Assembly (NCBI GenBank): GCA_023511795.1
Contig: JAIMAU010000001.1
Span: 138,384 to 202,383 of the forward strand
Length of the DNA stretch: 64,000 bases
From: Armatimonadota bacterium
GTDB lineage: Bacteria; Armatimonadota; UBA5829; DTJY01
Direction of reading: 5' to 3'
Positions 30,853-41,489 of the stretch are shown here, piece after piece. Every line of letters starts with the position of its first letter. The first letter of the stretch is position 1. Made by a program: the position numbers and the translations under genes. A model generated the notes under the pieces. The model saw nothing but the letters and a program-made list of their open reading frames with translations. It was not told where the DNA came from and did not search any database.

Positions 30853-32436
30853 ATGCCAAAAGTCTTAATCTACGATACAACTTTGCGAGATGGTTCCCAG
30901 GGCGAAGGAATATCCCTCACTGTGGAGGATATGATTAAAATCGCCCTGCGGCTTGATGAGGCTGGTTTCCACTACATCGAAGGAGGCTGGCCAGGATCAA
31001 ATCCCAAGCATGAAGAGTTTTTTGAGCGCATGAAATCTGTGCCATTGTCTCAGGCGAAGCTAGCTGCTTTCGGAAGTACCAGACGTGCGAATGTTCGACC
31101 TGAGGAGGATGCAAATCTTATTAGCCTCATTAAGAGCGAGACCCCTGTTGTAACAATTTTTGGCAAATCATGGGATCTTCATGTCACCGACGCACTAAAG
31201 GTTGGCTTGGACCAAAACATCGAGATGATCCTAGATTCCGTGCAATTTCTAAAAAATCACGGAAAAGAAGTCATCTTTGATGCTGAGCATTTCTTCGATG
31301 GATTTAAGGCTAACCCAAGCTATGCTATAGACACGATAAAGGCTGCTGAAGCTGCCAATGCAGATGCCGTAGTGCTCTGTGATACAAATGGCGGTTCGTT
31401 GCCCGACGAGATAATAGCCGGTGTTCGAGCTGCTTGCAGTGCTGTGAATATACCAGTTGGTATTCATACCCACAACGATTCAGAAATGGCGGTTGCCAAT
31501 ACAATTGTTGCAGTGCAGAATGGCTCCGTGCAAGTACAAGGCACTGTCAACGGTTTTGGCGAACGATGTGGCAATGCCAACCTTTGCTCAATTATCCCAA
31601 TACTACAGCTTAAACTAGGAATAGAGTGTATCCCAGAATCGTCATTGGCCGAGCTAACGAGTCTTTCTAACTACGTTTATGAGATTGCAAACGTTGTACC
31701 AAACGACCGTCAGCCTTTCGTTGGCCGAAGTGCATTTGCTCACAAAGCCGGTGTTCACGTAGATGCAATAATGAAGAATGTTCGCACGTATGAACATATT
31801 GACCCAGAGAGAGTGGGTAATGTGCGAAGGGTGCTCATATCGGAGCTGTCTGGCGCGAGCAATATCGTCCATAAAGCTCAAAGATATGGGGTTGATCTCA
31901 CGAAGAAATCGCCTGAGACGCGCGAAGTGTTGAAAAAAATTGTTGAGCTGGAGAATGAGGGCTACTCATTTGAAGGTGCAGAAGCATCTTTTGAGTTGCT
32001 CCTTCAAAAGACGCTGGGTTCATATAAAAAGCTATTTGATTTAAAGAGTTTCCGTGTAATTGTTGAACAGCGGGGGACAGATCCAGAACCCATAACCGAG
32101 GCTACTCTAAGGGTAGCTGTTAATGGCGAGGAATTGCTTACAGTTGCAGAAGGCGATGGTCCGGTTCACGCATTGGACAATGCCCTTCGCAAAGCCCTTG
32201 AAAAGTTCTATCCCGAAGAGCTAAAACATATCAAGCTTACAGACTTTAAGGTCCGTGTGCTCGATGCAAAGCGGGCAACGGCGGCAGGAGTTCGTGCCAT
32301 TGTTGAATCAACCGACGGCACGTCATCATGGAGCACTGTAGGTGTCTCTACAAATATAATAGAAGCAAGCTGGCATGCGTTGGTTGATAGCGTCGAATAT
32401 GGTTTGCTGAAACTTATGCAAAAAAAATCCAATTAA
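30853..32436 (+). CDS. cimA: (R)-citramalate synthase (LeuA-paralog, CimA-type)
   Basis: [56 protein letters not shown] is diagnostic of CimA-type paralogs. The protein is ~527 aa with a C-terminal LeuA-allosteric domain. Confidence 0.7.
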   Translation: MPKVLIYDTTLRDGSQGEGISLTVEDMIKIALRLDEAGFHYIEGGWPGSNPKHEEFFERMKSVPLSQAKLAAFGSTRRANVRPEEDANLISLIKSETPVVTIFGKSWDLHVTDALKVGLDQNIEMILDSVQFLKNHGKEVIFDAEHFFDGFKANPSYAIDTIKAAEAANADAVVLCDTNGGSLPDEIIAGVRAACSAVNIPVGIHTHNDSEMAVANTIVAVQNGSVQVQGTVNGFGERCGNANLCSIIPILQLKLGIECIPESSLAELTSLSNYVYEIANVVPNDRQPFVGRSAFAHKAGVHVDAIMKNVRTYEHIDPERVGNVRRVLISELSGASNIVHKAQRYGVDLTKKSPETREVLKKIVELENEGYSFEGAEASFELLLQKTLGSYKKLFDLKSFRVIVEQRGTDPEPITEATLRVAVNGEELLTVAEGDGPVHALDNALRKALEKFYPEELKHIKLTDFKVRVLDAKRATAAGVRAIVESTDGTSSWSTVGVSTNIIEASWHALVDSVEYGLLKLMQKKSN

Positions 32437-32521
32437 AGGAAACTCTTTTTGGAATTTCTCGAGTGCCAGCCTTATGATAGGTATTAGGCTGGCACTTAGT
32501 TCGTTTAATATATGTAGAGAA

Positions 32522-33361
32522 ATGAAGGTTAAGCTAGCTAATCCAGCAGGTTTTTGCTATGGCGTTCGGCGGGCTATTGACGTGGCGCTTGAGGCTGCTG
32601 AAAAGCATGGCACGCCTATGTATACCCTTGGCCCGCTGATTCACAACCCCCAAGTAATATTGAAGTTGGAAGAGCGAGGAATCCATGAAGTGCGCGACAT
32701 TGCAGATGCCCCGCAAGGAAGTTTTATAATCATGCCATCACATGGCGTTCCTCGTGAAGTAGTGCGTCAGGCCGAGAATCGCGGTCTTCAAGTGATAGAT
32801 GTTACATGCCCATTTGTTCGGAAAGTCCATGAAATTGCAGAAAACCTAGTTGCAGATGGCTACCAGGTAATAGTTCTGGGAGACCCGGGACATACAGAGG
32901 TTCGAGGAATAATGAGCGTGGCTGGGGGAAATGGCTTGGCAGTTTCCAATGTAAAAGATATAGATCCATCAAAGCTATGCAAGCGAGTTGGCATCATTTC
33001 GCAGACCACGCAGACAACTGAGCGTTTCGAGCAGCTTGTAGAAGAGGTTGCGCGGTGGGTAAAGGATATTCGGGCTCACAATACAATTTGTCATGCGACC
33101 ACAAGACTCCAAAAGGCGGCGCTGGACCTTGCAGCGGAGGTGGATGTAATGCTGGTCATCGGCGGCCACAATAGCGCAAATACACGCCGGCTTGCAGAAA
33201 TATGCGCAGATACAGGCGTCCCAACACACCATATTGAAGTTGCTAGCGAGCTGGAGGATTCTTGGTTTACAGGTGTTCAGACTGTAGGTGTTACTGCTGG
33301 TGCATCGACACCAGATTGGATAATCGAAGAAGTAGTTAAAAAGTTGGAAAGTTGGGATTGA
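32522..33361 (+). CDS. ispH: 4-hydroxy-3-methylbut-2-enyl diphosphate reductase
   Basis: MKVKLANPAGFCYGVRRAIDVALEA start with the three conserved Cys regions (FCYGV, VTCPFV, NTICHAT). Confidence 0.9.
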   Translation: MKVKLANPAGFCYGVRRAIDVALEAAEKHGTPMYTLGPLIHNPQVILKLEERGIHEVRDIADAPQGSFIIMPSHGVPREVVRQAENRGLQVIDVTCPFVRKVHEIAENLVADGYQVIVLGDPGHTEVRGIMSVAGGNGLAVSNVKDIDPSKLCKRVGIISQTTQTTERFEQLVEEVARWVKDIRAHNTICHATTRLQKAALDLAAEVDVMLVIGGHNSANTRRLAEICADTGVPTHHIEVASELEDSWFTGVQTVGVTAGASTPDWIIEEVVKKLESWD

Positions 33362-33406
33362 AAGACGTTAAGGCAATAGATACATTCTCTGTGAAACTAC
33401 TTTCCC

Positions 33407-34714
33407 ATGAAAAAGCTAAATTCAAAAATCGCAAAAGTAGCACAAGGCAGTCCAGCAGAAATAGCTGGAATTAGGCCAGGCGATATTCTTGTTTCTCTGA
33501 ACGCTCATAAGATATGCGATGTACTTGATTACAGGTTTTTTGGAGCTGACGAAGAAGTAGAGGTGGAGGTTCTGAGAAATGGAAGCCGGATTGTGAGTAC
33601 TATTCGCAAAGAACTTGGTGAAGACCTAGGCATTGAGTTTGTCGAAGAGCTGTTCGACGGGGTCCGCATTTGTCGTAATAATTGTATCTTTTGCTTCCTT
33701 AAGCAAATGCCGCCAGGTCTTAGGAAATCGCTTTATTTGCGAGATGATGACTTTCGATTATCTTTCGTCCACGGGAATTATATTACACTTACTAATCTGA
33801 ACGATGACGATGTTGAGCGCATAGTCTCCCAGAAAATGAGCCCACTATATGTTTCTGTTCACTCAACTGACCCAAAAATTCGCGAATGTATGCTTGGTAA
33901 TAAAAAGGCAGGGCAGATTATGAAGGAGCTCAAACGTCTTGCCGACGCCGGGATAACATTGCATGCTCAGATTGTACTTTGCCCCGGAATTAATGATGGG
34001 GAAAGTCTTGAACGAACGGTTTATGATCTTGGTACGCTCTATCCTTCGGTTGCTTCAGTTGCAATAGTTCCAGTTGGTCTTACTCGGTATCGAGAAGGAC
34101 TAGTGCCGATTGAACCAGTTGATTCAGTTTTGGCAACAGAAGTATTGGATGCATGTATATCGTGGCAGCAGCGGTTCCGGCGTAGTTTGGGCACGCGTTT
34201 TGTTTTTCCTGCAGATGAATTTTATCTCCTGGCTGGCCGCCCATTCCCATCACGACGTACTTATGAGGGCTTTCCTCAACTTGAGGATGGAGTGGGACTC
34301 TCACGACTCTTCTTGGACGACCTTAGGAAAGTGGAACGGAGAGCAAATAACACTGTACTGCGCGCAGGGAAGTACGTCTTAGTGACAGGTGTGCTGGCGG
34401 CAAATATGGTTCGGGAATTGGCGGAAATTTTGAATCAAATCCCTGGCATTCGGTGTAGAATCTGTATAGTAAAGAATGTGTTTTTTGGAGAAACTGTAAC
34501 GGTTGCCGGCTTACTGACAGGAAGTGATATTGCATTCTCGTTGGCGGATGTTGCTCCTGATGAAATTGTATTAATACCGTCTGTGGCTCTCAAAGACGGC
34601 CTGTTTCTTGACGATATGAGCTTGAATGAACTAAGTCATACGGTCGGTGCAAGAACTGAAGCAGTCGAACCAACCCCGATGGGCGCTTTTAAGCGGTTGT
34701 GTGAGGATACCTGA
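33407..34714 (+). CDS. PDZ-domain radical SAM protein (DUF512 family)
   Basis: N-terminal PDZ (GSPAEIAGIRPGDILVSLN) followed by the radical-SAM CxxxCxxC motif CRNNCIFC. It lies immediately upstream of der, as in many genomes. Confidence 0.7.
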   Translation: MKKLNSKIAKVAQGSPAEIAGIRPGDILVSLNAHKICDVLDYRFFGADEEVEVEVLRNGSRIVSTIRKELGEDLGIEFVEELFDGVRICRNNCIFCFLKQMPPGLRKSLYLRDDDFRLSFVHGNYITLTNLNDDDVERIVSQKMSPLYVSVHSTDPKIRECMLGNKKAGQIMKELKRLADAGITLHAQIVLCPGINDGESLERTVYDLGTLYPSVASVAIVPVGLTRYREGLVPIEPVDSVLATEVLDACISWQQRFRRSLGTRFVFPADEFYLLAGRPFPSRRTYEGFPQLEDGVGLSRLFLDDLRKVERRANNTVLRAGKYVLVTGVLAANMVRELAEILNQIPGIRCRICIVKNVFFGETVTVAGLLTGSDIAFSLADVAPDEIVLIPSVALKDGLFLDDMSLNELSHTVGARTEAVEPTPMGAFKRLCEDT

Positions 34715-34724
34715 GGTGATTTAA

Positions 34725-36053
34725 TTGTCAAATCCAATGGTTGCTGTCGTCGGTCGGCCAAATGTGGGCAAATCTACGCTTTTCAATAGGCTGGTCGGCA
34801 AGAGAATCGCAATTGTAGAAGATGTTCCTGGTGTTACGCGAGATAGGCTTTATGCTGAGGCTGAGTGGCTTGGGCGTAACTTTATGTTGATTGATACCGG
34901 CGGTCTAATTTTGAATGAGAAAGACCCACTAACTGTTCAAGTGAGAGCGCAGGCTGAGATTGCTATATCCGAAGCCGATGTAATAGTTTTCTTAGTAGAT
35001 GTTACTGAGGGAGTCACGCCTGCAGATATGGAGGTCGCGGACGTTTTGCGTCGCACGCGCAAGCCTGTATTGGTAGCAGTAAACAAGGTTGATAACGAGC
35101 GCCTGGAACGGGAATCCATTGAGTTTTTCTCTTTAGGTTTAGGCGATATATATCCTATTTCCTCGCTCCACGGCCGTGGGGTGGCTGAGTTGCTGGATAA
35201 AATCATTGAAAATTTGCCAGTTCCTACCGCCGAAGAAGTTTATTCCGAAGAAGTTATAAAGATAGCAATTATTGGCCGTCCAAATGTTGGGAAGTCGTCT
35301 CTTCTAAATGCAATTATAAAAGAAGAGAGAGCTATTGTAAGCGATATTCCAGGCACAACACGCGACGCAATCGATACGTATTTTGAACACGGTGACCAAA
35401 GGTTCGTACTAATTGACACGGCCGGTATTAGGCGTGCAGGAAAAATCCAGCGTTCTATTGAATACTATTCGGTACTTCGAGCTGTTCGTGCCCTTGAACG
35501 GGCAGATGTCGCACTTGTAGTGATGGACGCATCGGAGGGAGTAGTGGACGGCGACAAGCGTGTGGCTGGTTATTCCCATGACGCTGGAAAGGCCGCTGTT
35601 ATTGTAGTCAACAAATGGGATTTGGCTAAGAAGCAGGGGAAGACAATTAATGGATTTACAGAGCTAGTTCGTCGTGAGATGCCTTTTATGAACTATGCGC
35701 CCATTGTATTTACATCTGCGATAGAAGGCACGGGAATTTCCGAATTGCTTGGTTGCGCCGCCATCGCATCCCAAAATCATGCGTTGAGGCTTCCAACTGG
35801 CGAGCTCAATCGGTTGATTGGCGATATTGTAGATGCAAGGCCGTATTCCGAAAAAGGAAGGGAATTTCGGGTGTATTATGCTACAATGCCATCGGTGCGG
35901 CCGCCGACAATTGTGCTCTTTACAAACGACCCAGACCTGCTTCATTTTTCATACCAGCGATACATCGAAAACCAACTTAGGAAGCATTATACATATGAGG
36001 GCACACCAATAAGGATTTTTGCAAGGAAAGCTGAACATAGCAGGTCTCATTAG
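34725..36053 (+). CDS. der: Ribosome-biogenesis GTPase Der (EngA), tandem GTPase domains
   Basis: Two G-domains, each with GRPNVGKS...DTAG(I/L), plus the KH-like C-terminus. Confidence 0.9.
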   Translation: MSNPMVAVVGRPNVGKSTLFNRLVGKRIAIVEDVPGVTRDRLYAEAEWLGRNFMLIDTGGLILNEKDPLTVQVRAQAEIAISEADVIVFLVDVTEGVTPADMEVADVLRRTRKPVLVAVNKVDNERLERESIEFFSLGLGDIYPISSLHGRGVAELLDKIIENLPVPTAEEVYSEEVIKIAIIGRPNVGKSSLLNAIIKEERAIVSDIPGTTRDAIDTYFEHGDQRFVLIDTAGIRRAGKIQRSIEYYSVLRAVRALERADVALVVMDASEGVVDGDKRVAGYSHDAGKAAVIVVNKWDLAKKQGKTINGFTELVRREMPFMNYAPIVFTSAIEGTGISELLGCAAIASQNHALRLPTGELNRLIGDIVDARPYSEKGREFRVYYATMPSVRPPTIVLFTNDPDLLHFSYQRYIENQLRKHYTYEGTPIRIFARKAEHSRSH

Positions 36054-36104
36054 GAAAAGGAAAACCTTTCCAATCAACAAGGAGGTAGTTCAATCTAAAA
36101 AGCG

Positions 36105-36719
36105 ATGGGTGAAGCGATAATTTTAATTGCAAGTTACTTATTGGGTGCAGTGCCTTTTGGCTTAATAATTGCAAAAGCATGGCGTGGCATTGACGTTCGC
36201 AAGGTGGGCAGTGGGAACATTGGTGCAACTAATGTCTACCGAACACTTGGTTTGGCACCAGGAATCACCGTTTTTATTGCCGATGTACTTAAAGGTTTCA
36301 TTCCAACTTTAATGGCAATCAGGTTATTCGATCAACCCTGGGTAGCTGTGGCAGCAGGACTTTCAGCAATTATCGGCCATAGCTTGTCGGTGTTTCTTAA
36401 GTTCAAGGGTGGCAAGGGAGTTGCAACTAGCCTTGGAGTTGCCATTGGGCTTGCACCGTTGATTGCGTTAATGGCATTTGGAATTTGGATGGCAATTGTA
36501 CTAGCGACAAGGTATGTTTCCGTTGCTTCAATTGTTGCAGTTTTGAGCGTTCCGCCGCTAATGTGGGCGTTTGGAAAACCTTTGGAGTATAAATTATTTG
36601 CACTTCTTGTTGCCGTATTTGTAATAGTGAAACATCGGTCAAACATTCTAAGGCTTATTCAAGGTAAGGAACTACGATTTGTGAAGCACAATGAGAAAAC
36701 GGAGGAGCAAAATGGTTAA
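36105..36719 (+). CDS. plsY: Glycerol-3-phosphate acyltransferase (acyl-phosphate dependent)
   Basis: [38 protein letters not shown] is the PlsY signature. Confidence 0.9.
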   Translation: MGEAIILIASYLLGAVPFGLIIAKAWRGIDVRKVGSGNIGATNVYRTLGLAPGITVFIADVLKGFIPTLMAIRLFDQPWVAVAAGLSAIIGHSLSVFLKFKGGKGVATSLGVAIGLAPLIALMAFGIWMAIVLATRYVSVASIVAVLSVPPLMWAFGKPLEYKLFALLVAVFVIVKHRSNILRLIQGKELRFVKHNEKTEEQNG

Positions 36720-37242
36720 AGGAGTTGAAGGAGACCCATTGGTAGCGCTGGCCAGAGAAGCCATAGAGGAATACGTTCGCTTTGGGAGAGTAAAAGCCGT
36801 GCCCAATCCACTTCCGCCTGAAATGGAACCTCGCGCTGGGGTGTTTGTCAGCTTGAAAAAGTTTGGACAATTGCGTGGATGCATAGGGACAATCGAACCT
36901 ATACGTGCAAACCTAGCAGAAGAAATCATTGAAAATGCAATAAGTGCTTCTACTAGAGACCCTCGGTTCGAACCCGTAGCTGAAGATGAGCTTGACGATC
37001 TTTCAATTTCAGTGGATGTGCTGAGCCATCCGGAACCGATTTCTAGCATGGCTGAGCTTGACCCCAAAAAGTACGGAGTCATTGTTGAAAGTGGGTGGAA
37101 GCGTGGCTTGTTGCTTCCCGACCTCGACGGGGTTGATACAGTTGAGGACCAAGTTGGTATAGCCATGCGTAAGGCTGGGATTATAGATGGCGAGCCCATC
37201 CAACTATACCGTTTTGAAGTTAAGCGACATGGTGGTGGATAG
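36712..37242 (+). CDS. AMMECR1 domain protein
   Basis: QLRGCIGT motif (AMMECR1 CxG). The ATG overlaps the plsY stop (ATGGTTAA). Confidence 0.75.
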   Translation: MVKGVEGDPLVALAREAIEEYVRFGRVKAVPNPLPPEMEPRAGVFVSLKKFGQLRGCIGTIEPIRANLAEEIIENAISASTRDPRFEPVAEDELDDLSISVDVLSHPEPISSMAELDPKKYGVIVESGWKRGLLLPDLDGVDTVEDQVGIAMRKAGIIDGEPIQLYRFEVKRHGGG

Positions 37243-37837
37243 GGACCAACAGCCTAGAATTATCCTTGCGTCGGCTTCTCCTCGAAGGCGGGATCTTCTA
37301 TCCCTAATTGTATCCAGATTTGAAGTCATTCCGAGCGACTTTGATGAATCTGTTCTTCCTCTATGGCCGCCTGAGAATCATGTTGTGCAATCAGCTCTAT
37401 CTAAGGCTAATAATGTAGCAGTAAGAATCTCGGATGGAATTGTTATCGGTGCCGACACAATTGTAGTGGTAGGGAACGAAGTTCTTGGGAAGCCGACCGA
37501 TGCGGAAGATGCACGTCGGATGCTTAAACTTCTTTCCGGGCGCTCGCATTATGTCTATACTGGCGTCTGCGTAGTCCAAAGAGCTAAAAACCATACTTGC
37601 CAAACATTTATTGACTATGTGCGGACCGAAGTCAGTTTTTGCGCACTAGACGACGAATTCATAGATGCCTACATTGCGACAGGCGAACCGCTCGACAAAG
37701 CCGGTGCATACGGCATTCAAGAGCGAGGTAGCTTGTTGGTTGAGGGCATAATAGGTGATTACTTCAATGTCGTTGGCCTACCAGTGTTTCGACTCAGCCG
37801 GATGCTCTATAAGGTTGGAGTTCCCTTCTTTGGTTAA
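37229..37837 (+). CDS. maf: Maf-like nucleoside triphosphate pyrophosphatase
   Basis: [13 protein letters not shown] and IGADTIVV are Maf motifs. The start was chosen at MVVDRD; an earlier in-frame Met (37187) would overlap the upstream gene by 56 nt. Confidence 0.8.
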   Translation: MVVDRDQQPRIILASASPRRRDLLSLIVSRFEVIPSDFDESVLPLWPPENHVVQSALSKANNVAVRISDGIVIGADTIVVVGNEVLGKPTDAEDARRMLKLLSGRSHYVYTGVCVVQRAKNHTCQTFIDYVRTEVSFCALDDEFIDAYIATGEPLDKAGAYGIQERGSLLVEGIIGDYFNVVGLPVFRLSRMLYKVGVPFFG

Positions 37838-37848
37838 AAGATATTGCT

Positions 37849-39054
37849 ATGGACCTTGAAATTGTCAATTTTCTCCTAAGTCCTGATGGCGAGGAGTTGC
37901 TAAATAAGGCTAAAACCCTTGATGGGGATTTCCTCTTGCGCCTTGAAAAACTGCGAAAAGAATATCCAAGCAAGTTTGCCAGCGCTGCACTTGAATTACT
38001 TGATTTAAGGGAAAGAGCGCGGAGAAAGTTTGTTCTTGCAGATCAAATGTTTTTCACTCGGGAAGCTCTTGAGCAATCATCGGGCGAGACTATTTCCAAA
38101 TACCGCGCTGAACGTTTTTATCAGAATGGCAGCGTCTTCGACCTCGGATGTGGAATTGGGGGCGATACTCTTGGATTGGCGACGCAGTGCTTTGTGACGG
38201 CGGTAGAAAAGGACCCTGTCAGACTTGCGATGGCAAAACGAAATGTCGAGGTTTATGGCTTTGCAGAACGCGTAGATTTCGTCAATGCCGATGTAACCCA
38301 GATACCACTAAAAGCCACCGCCGCCTTTATTGACCCATCTCGACGTGGCAGGGGGCAGCGTGCTAGGAGCCTCGCCGATATAGAGCCTTCCGCCAGTTTT
38401 CTTCATCACCTTGCGGATGTTGTTTCAGATGTGGCCATCAAGCTATCGCCAGTGTTCAAAGACGGGGAATTGGAGTCCTTCGATGGGGAGATTGAGTTCA
38501 TATCCGAAAATGGTGAGTGCAAAGAAGCTGTGGTTTGGCTTGGGGGGCTCAAAACAGCTAGTCGGCGTGCGACAATCCTTCCGTCTCGCGCAACTTTGAT
38601 AGATGAACCAGTTGAACATGTGCCTGTCAGCGCTCCCGCTGCATATATTTATGAGCCGGATCCGTGTGTTATTCGCGCACATCTTGTCGAACAGCTAGCA
38701 CATCGGATTGGTGCAGAGAAGATAGACGAGCAAATTGCATATCTTACGTCAGATGAACGGGTATCAACTCCGTTCGCAGACGTTTACCATGTGATTGACC
38801 ATATGCCTTTCAGTTTGAAGAATATTAAAACCCGCTTGCGAGAGCTAGATGTAGGCAAGGTGATAGTCAAGAAAAGAGGCGTTCCATTTGAGCCGCTCGA
38901 AATTGAGCGGCGGCTAAAGCTGCCTGGTAGTAGAGAAGTGTTACTCATTCTTACTCGTGTCGCTGGAAAGCCTTGGGCGTTGATATGCACGCCGGTCACA
39001 GAGGGAGCCGAAAGCAAAGCTCCTGCGGCACGTCAGGGGGTTGCTGTTGATTAA
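37849..39054 (+). CDS. Class I SAM-dependent methyltransferase (THUMP-less RNA methyltransferase-like) with a C-terminal domain
   Basis: VFDLGCGIGGDTLGLA (motif I) and VDFVNADV (motif II/III). Confidence 0.6.
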   Translation: MDLEIVNFLLSPDGEELLNKAKTLDGDFLLRLEKLRKEYPSKFASAALELLDLRERARRKFVLADQMFFTREALEQSSGETISKYRAERFYQNGSVFDLGCGIGGDTLGLATQCFVTAVEKDPVRLAMAKRNVEVYGFAERVDFVNADVTQIPLKATAAFIDPSRRGRGQRARSLADIEPSASFLHHLADVVSDVAIKLSPVFKDGELESFDGEIEFISENGECKEAVVWLGGLKTASRRATILPSRATLIDEPVEHVPVSAPAAYIYEPDPCVIRAHLVEQLAHRIGAEKIDEQIAYLTSDERVSTPFADVYHVIDHMPFSLKNIKTRLRELDVGKVIVKKRGVPFEPLEIERRLKLPGSREVLLILTRVAGKPWALICTPVTEGAESKAPAARQGVAVD

Positions 39055-40045
39055 TAAGCACTTATTAATCATTATTATTTTGGCGTCCTTCGGATCTTGC
39101 GCAGGTGCTGGGCCTAGTGTTGAGTGCATAGATTATCGAGGATGGAGCGGTTCCTATCGCATGAGCGCAGGACGATATAGCCTTGTTGTTGTTCCTGCAA
39201 TAGGTGGGAGGATAATGGAATACTCACTCGATGGACGCAATGTTATTTGGGAGAATGCTGAAGAATTTGGGAAGGTGTATGAAATAACAAACGATTGGAG
39301 GAATTATGGCGGTTATAAGACGTGGGTCTCGCCTCAAGATTACTGGCATTGGCCTCCCGACCCCATACTAGACAGAGGGAAAGCAGTTGTCGAAGTCTTT
39401 GATAGGGATGGTAGAAAATGGCTTAGAATCATTGGCCAGCCAAGCTTGAAAAGTGGTGTAATGTTCATCAAGGAGCTTACACTTGATGAAAATGGCGAGG
39501 TGACACTTATACAAAAGATGCGCGCGGTCGGCAAACCGCCTACAAAGTGGGGCATCCACGACGTCACTCAGGTGAGAACTCCTTGCTTGGTGGTTTTTCC
39601 TATTCGGTCAGACACGCGCGTGCCAGGTGGAATCAAATACCTTTTTGGAGATCCTAAGAAGACAGCACAGTTCACAGTACGTGATGGTCTTTGCATTACA
39701 AGTTATCATGGCCAAGTTTACCAAATAGGTGCGGAATCTGATGGCCCATGGATGATATGGTTTCAAGATGATATGGCATATGTGAAGCTTTTTCCGCCTA
39801 TGAAGCGTGACGCTGAATATGGTGATAGAGGTTCGTCAGCTGTTGTGTTTACTAGCAATGGTAAACTTGGGTATTTGGAGATGGAGGTATTAGGTCCGCT
39901 GATAGATCTTTCAAAGGGTGAAGAGACCGAATTGATAGAACGATGGCGGCTCTTCCGCCTTGATGAATGTGTAAAAAGCCAGTACTCGATAAAGCGCATA
40001 ATTAGAGAGATGGAGCGAAAGGGTTTAATCCCATCTAGAGGCTAG
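39041..40045 (+). CDS. Secreted hypothetical protein (334 aa)
   Basis: Signal peptide MLLINKHLLIIIILASFGSCAGAG, with a possible lipobox Cys. No recognisable catalytic motif. Confidence 0.45.
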   Translation: MLLINKHLLIIIILASFGSCAGAGPSVECIDYRGWSGSYRMSAGRYSLVVVPAIGGRIMEYSLDGRNVIWENAEEFGKVYEITNDWRNYGGYKTWVSPQDYWHWPPDPILDRGKAVVEVFDRDGRKWLRIIGQPSLKSGVMFIKELTLDENGEVTLIQKMRAVGKPPTKWGIHDVTQVRTPCLVVFPIRSDTRVPGGIKYLFGDPKKTAQFTVRDGLCITSYHGQVYQIGAESDGPWMIWFQDDMAYVKLFPPMKRDAEYGDRGSSAVVFTSNGKLGYLEMEVLGPLIDLSKGEETELIERWRLFRLDECVKSQYSIKRIIREMERKGLIPSRG

Positions 40046-40060
40046 GGAAGGAGAGGAAAA

Positions 40061-40387
40061 ATGCCGATATTTGATTACAGATGCTTGGATTGTCGAAAAC
40101 GATTCAGCTTATTAGTCGGAGTCGTTGCAAAAGGTCCTCAGCTTCGATGCCCAAATTGCGGGAGTGTGAAAATCAAGAAGCTTATTTCCCGGTTCTCAGC
40201 CCTCCGCTCGGAAGATGATATCATTGATGATTTAGCAGACCCTTCCAAAATCGGCGACCTCGACAACCCAAAAGAATTGCGCAGTTGGGCAAAGCGCATG
40301 AGCCGAGAATGGGGCGAAGATTTTGGTGACGAGATCGACGAAGCTTTTGAGGAAGCAGAGTCAGGCTCTGATATGGAAATTGATTAA
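40061..40387 (+). CDS. FmdB family zinc-ribbon protein
   Basis: MPIFDYRCLDCRKRF...LRCPNCGS is the FmdB CxxC...CxxC signature. It has an acidic tail. Confidence 0.7.
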   Translation: MPIFDYRCLDCRKRFSLLVGVVAKGPQLRCPNCGSVKIKKLISRFSALRSEDDIIDDLADPSKIGDLDNPKELRSWAKRMSREWGEDFGDEIDEAFEEAESGSDMEID

Positions 40388-40417
40388 ATGCTTAGAAGCG
40401 AGCGTCCCCAAAATAAA

Positions 40418-41107
40418 TTATTTAGCTGTCTTGAACTCAGCCTTGCCGTTGATTACTACTGCATCATTTTTTATTGCAATGCTAGTCAATGCCACAGGAA
40501 ACTGCATCTCTCCGAGGTCGAGCACGGGGTTCATTCGATCAAGTACCTTGTTAACCACTAGTGCTGGAATCGGGAGCCTAGCTAATGATGCGCCGTCGGC
40601 TACAAAGTTTATTTTATCCTTGCTTGCGATTACTGGCTTGCCTGTAACTTTGAATTCTACTCCAATGCCCAAAACTGAGGGACGTGCGGTTACTGTGAGT
40701 TTACCCTCCTGGAGATCCAGGGTCAGTCCTTTAATATCGGGTCTAGCAGCGCAAATATAATCATTTATAGACTTCTCGGCTACCTCGGCTGTAAAGACAG
40801 TTGCAGCAACGCTTCGTATCTGACGTGTTTCAGGATCTGCTTCCACTTTGTCCATATCCACAATTAGGCGGTCCACCATCAGGTTTTCGGAGATTTGAAC
40901 CTCCAAGCCTTCGATGTGCAGGTGCTCGAATTTACCTCGGAGCATGGGCTCGCTGGGCCCTAGTGCCTTAACTGAATACTTCTTTGCAGGACCAATATAT
41001 TGCGGCAGACTATCCTCAATACCCTCTGCTATCTTTGAGCGAATAACGCCTCCGATGCAACCTGCAACTAGAAATGAAAACGCTAAGAGCGCAGTAATTT
41101 TTCTCAC
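40418..41107 (-). CDS. Lipoprotein, possibly LmeA/DUF2993-like
   Basis: Lipoprotein signal MRKITALLAFSFLVAGC followed by a beta-rich repetitive body. The family call is tentative. Confidence 0.35.
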   Translation of the reverse strand: MRKITALLAFSFLVAGCIGGVIRSKIAEGIEDSLPQYIGPAKKYSVKALGPSEPMLRGKFEHLHIEGLEVQISENLMVDRLIVDMDKVEADPETRQIRSVAATVFTAEVAEKSINDYICAARPDIKGLTLDLQEGKLTVTARPSVLGIGVEFKVTGKPVIASKDKINFVADGASLARLPIPALVVNKVLDRMNPVLDLGEMQFPVALTSIAIKNDAVVINGKAEFKTAK

Positions 41108-41211
41108 GATTCTACAAACCCCTTAGACCAGTTAAATAAATTGAGGCAGGTTCAAAGTGCACCTGCCCTAATATTATACGAAATTTGAAACCCAGCATCT
41201 AGTTTATGGGG

Positions 41212-41457
41212 TTATTCCGGATGGACGCCTGTGGGTTCCTCTTCGCCAATCTCTTCGTAGCTGGCAGCTGCTTCGATTGTGGGTTCTTGATGTGCCATAG
41301 CTGCTGACATCCTGAGATCATCCAGTTTACCCGCCGCACGGGCGGCTTCGATGACCCCATACGTAATAATTTCGCCTTCTTTTACTATGATATGTCCGCT
41401 GTCATCAAATATCGTAAGGCGTGATGGAGTGCCGATTAACGCTGCTAAGTCTGCCAT
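41212..41457 (-). CDS. Small acidic protein (81 aa) carrying one copy of a ~35-aa repeat. Paralog of the upstream gene.
   Basis: DDSGHIIVKEGEIITYGVIEAARAAGKLDDL is the same motif as in 41490..41912. Confidence 0.5.
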   Translation of the reverse strand: MADLAALIGTPSRLTIFDDSGHIIVKEGEIITYGVIEAARAAGKLDDLRMSAAMAHQEPTIEAAASYEEIGEEEPTGVHPE

Positions 41458-41489
41458 CTTATAACACCTCCTGTACGCATTTTGAGTAA

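Noticed and set aside
36672-37199. 175-aa minus-strand ORF overlapping the AMMECR1 gene
   Set aside because: Antisense shadow ORF. The plus-strand gene has the conserved AMMECR1 motifs.
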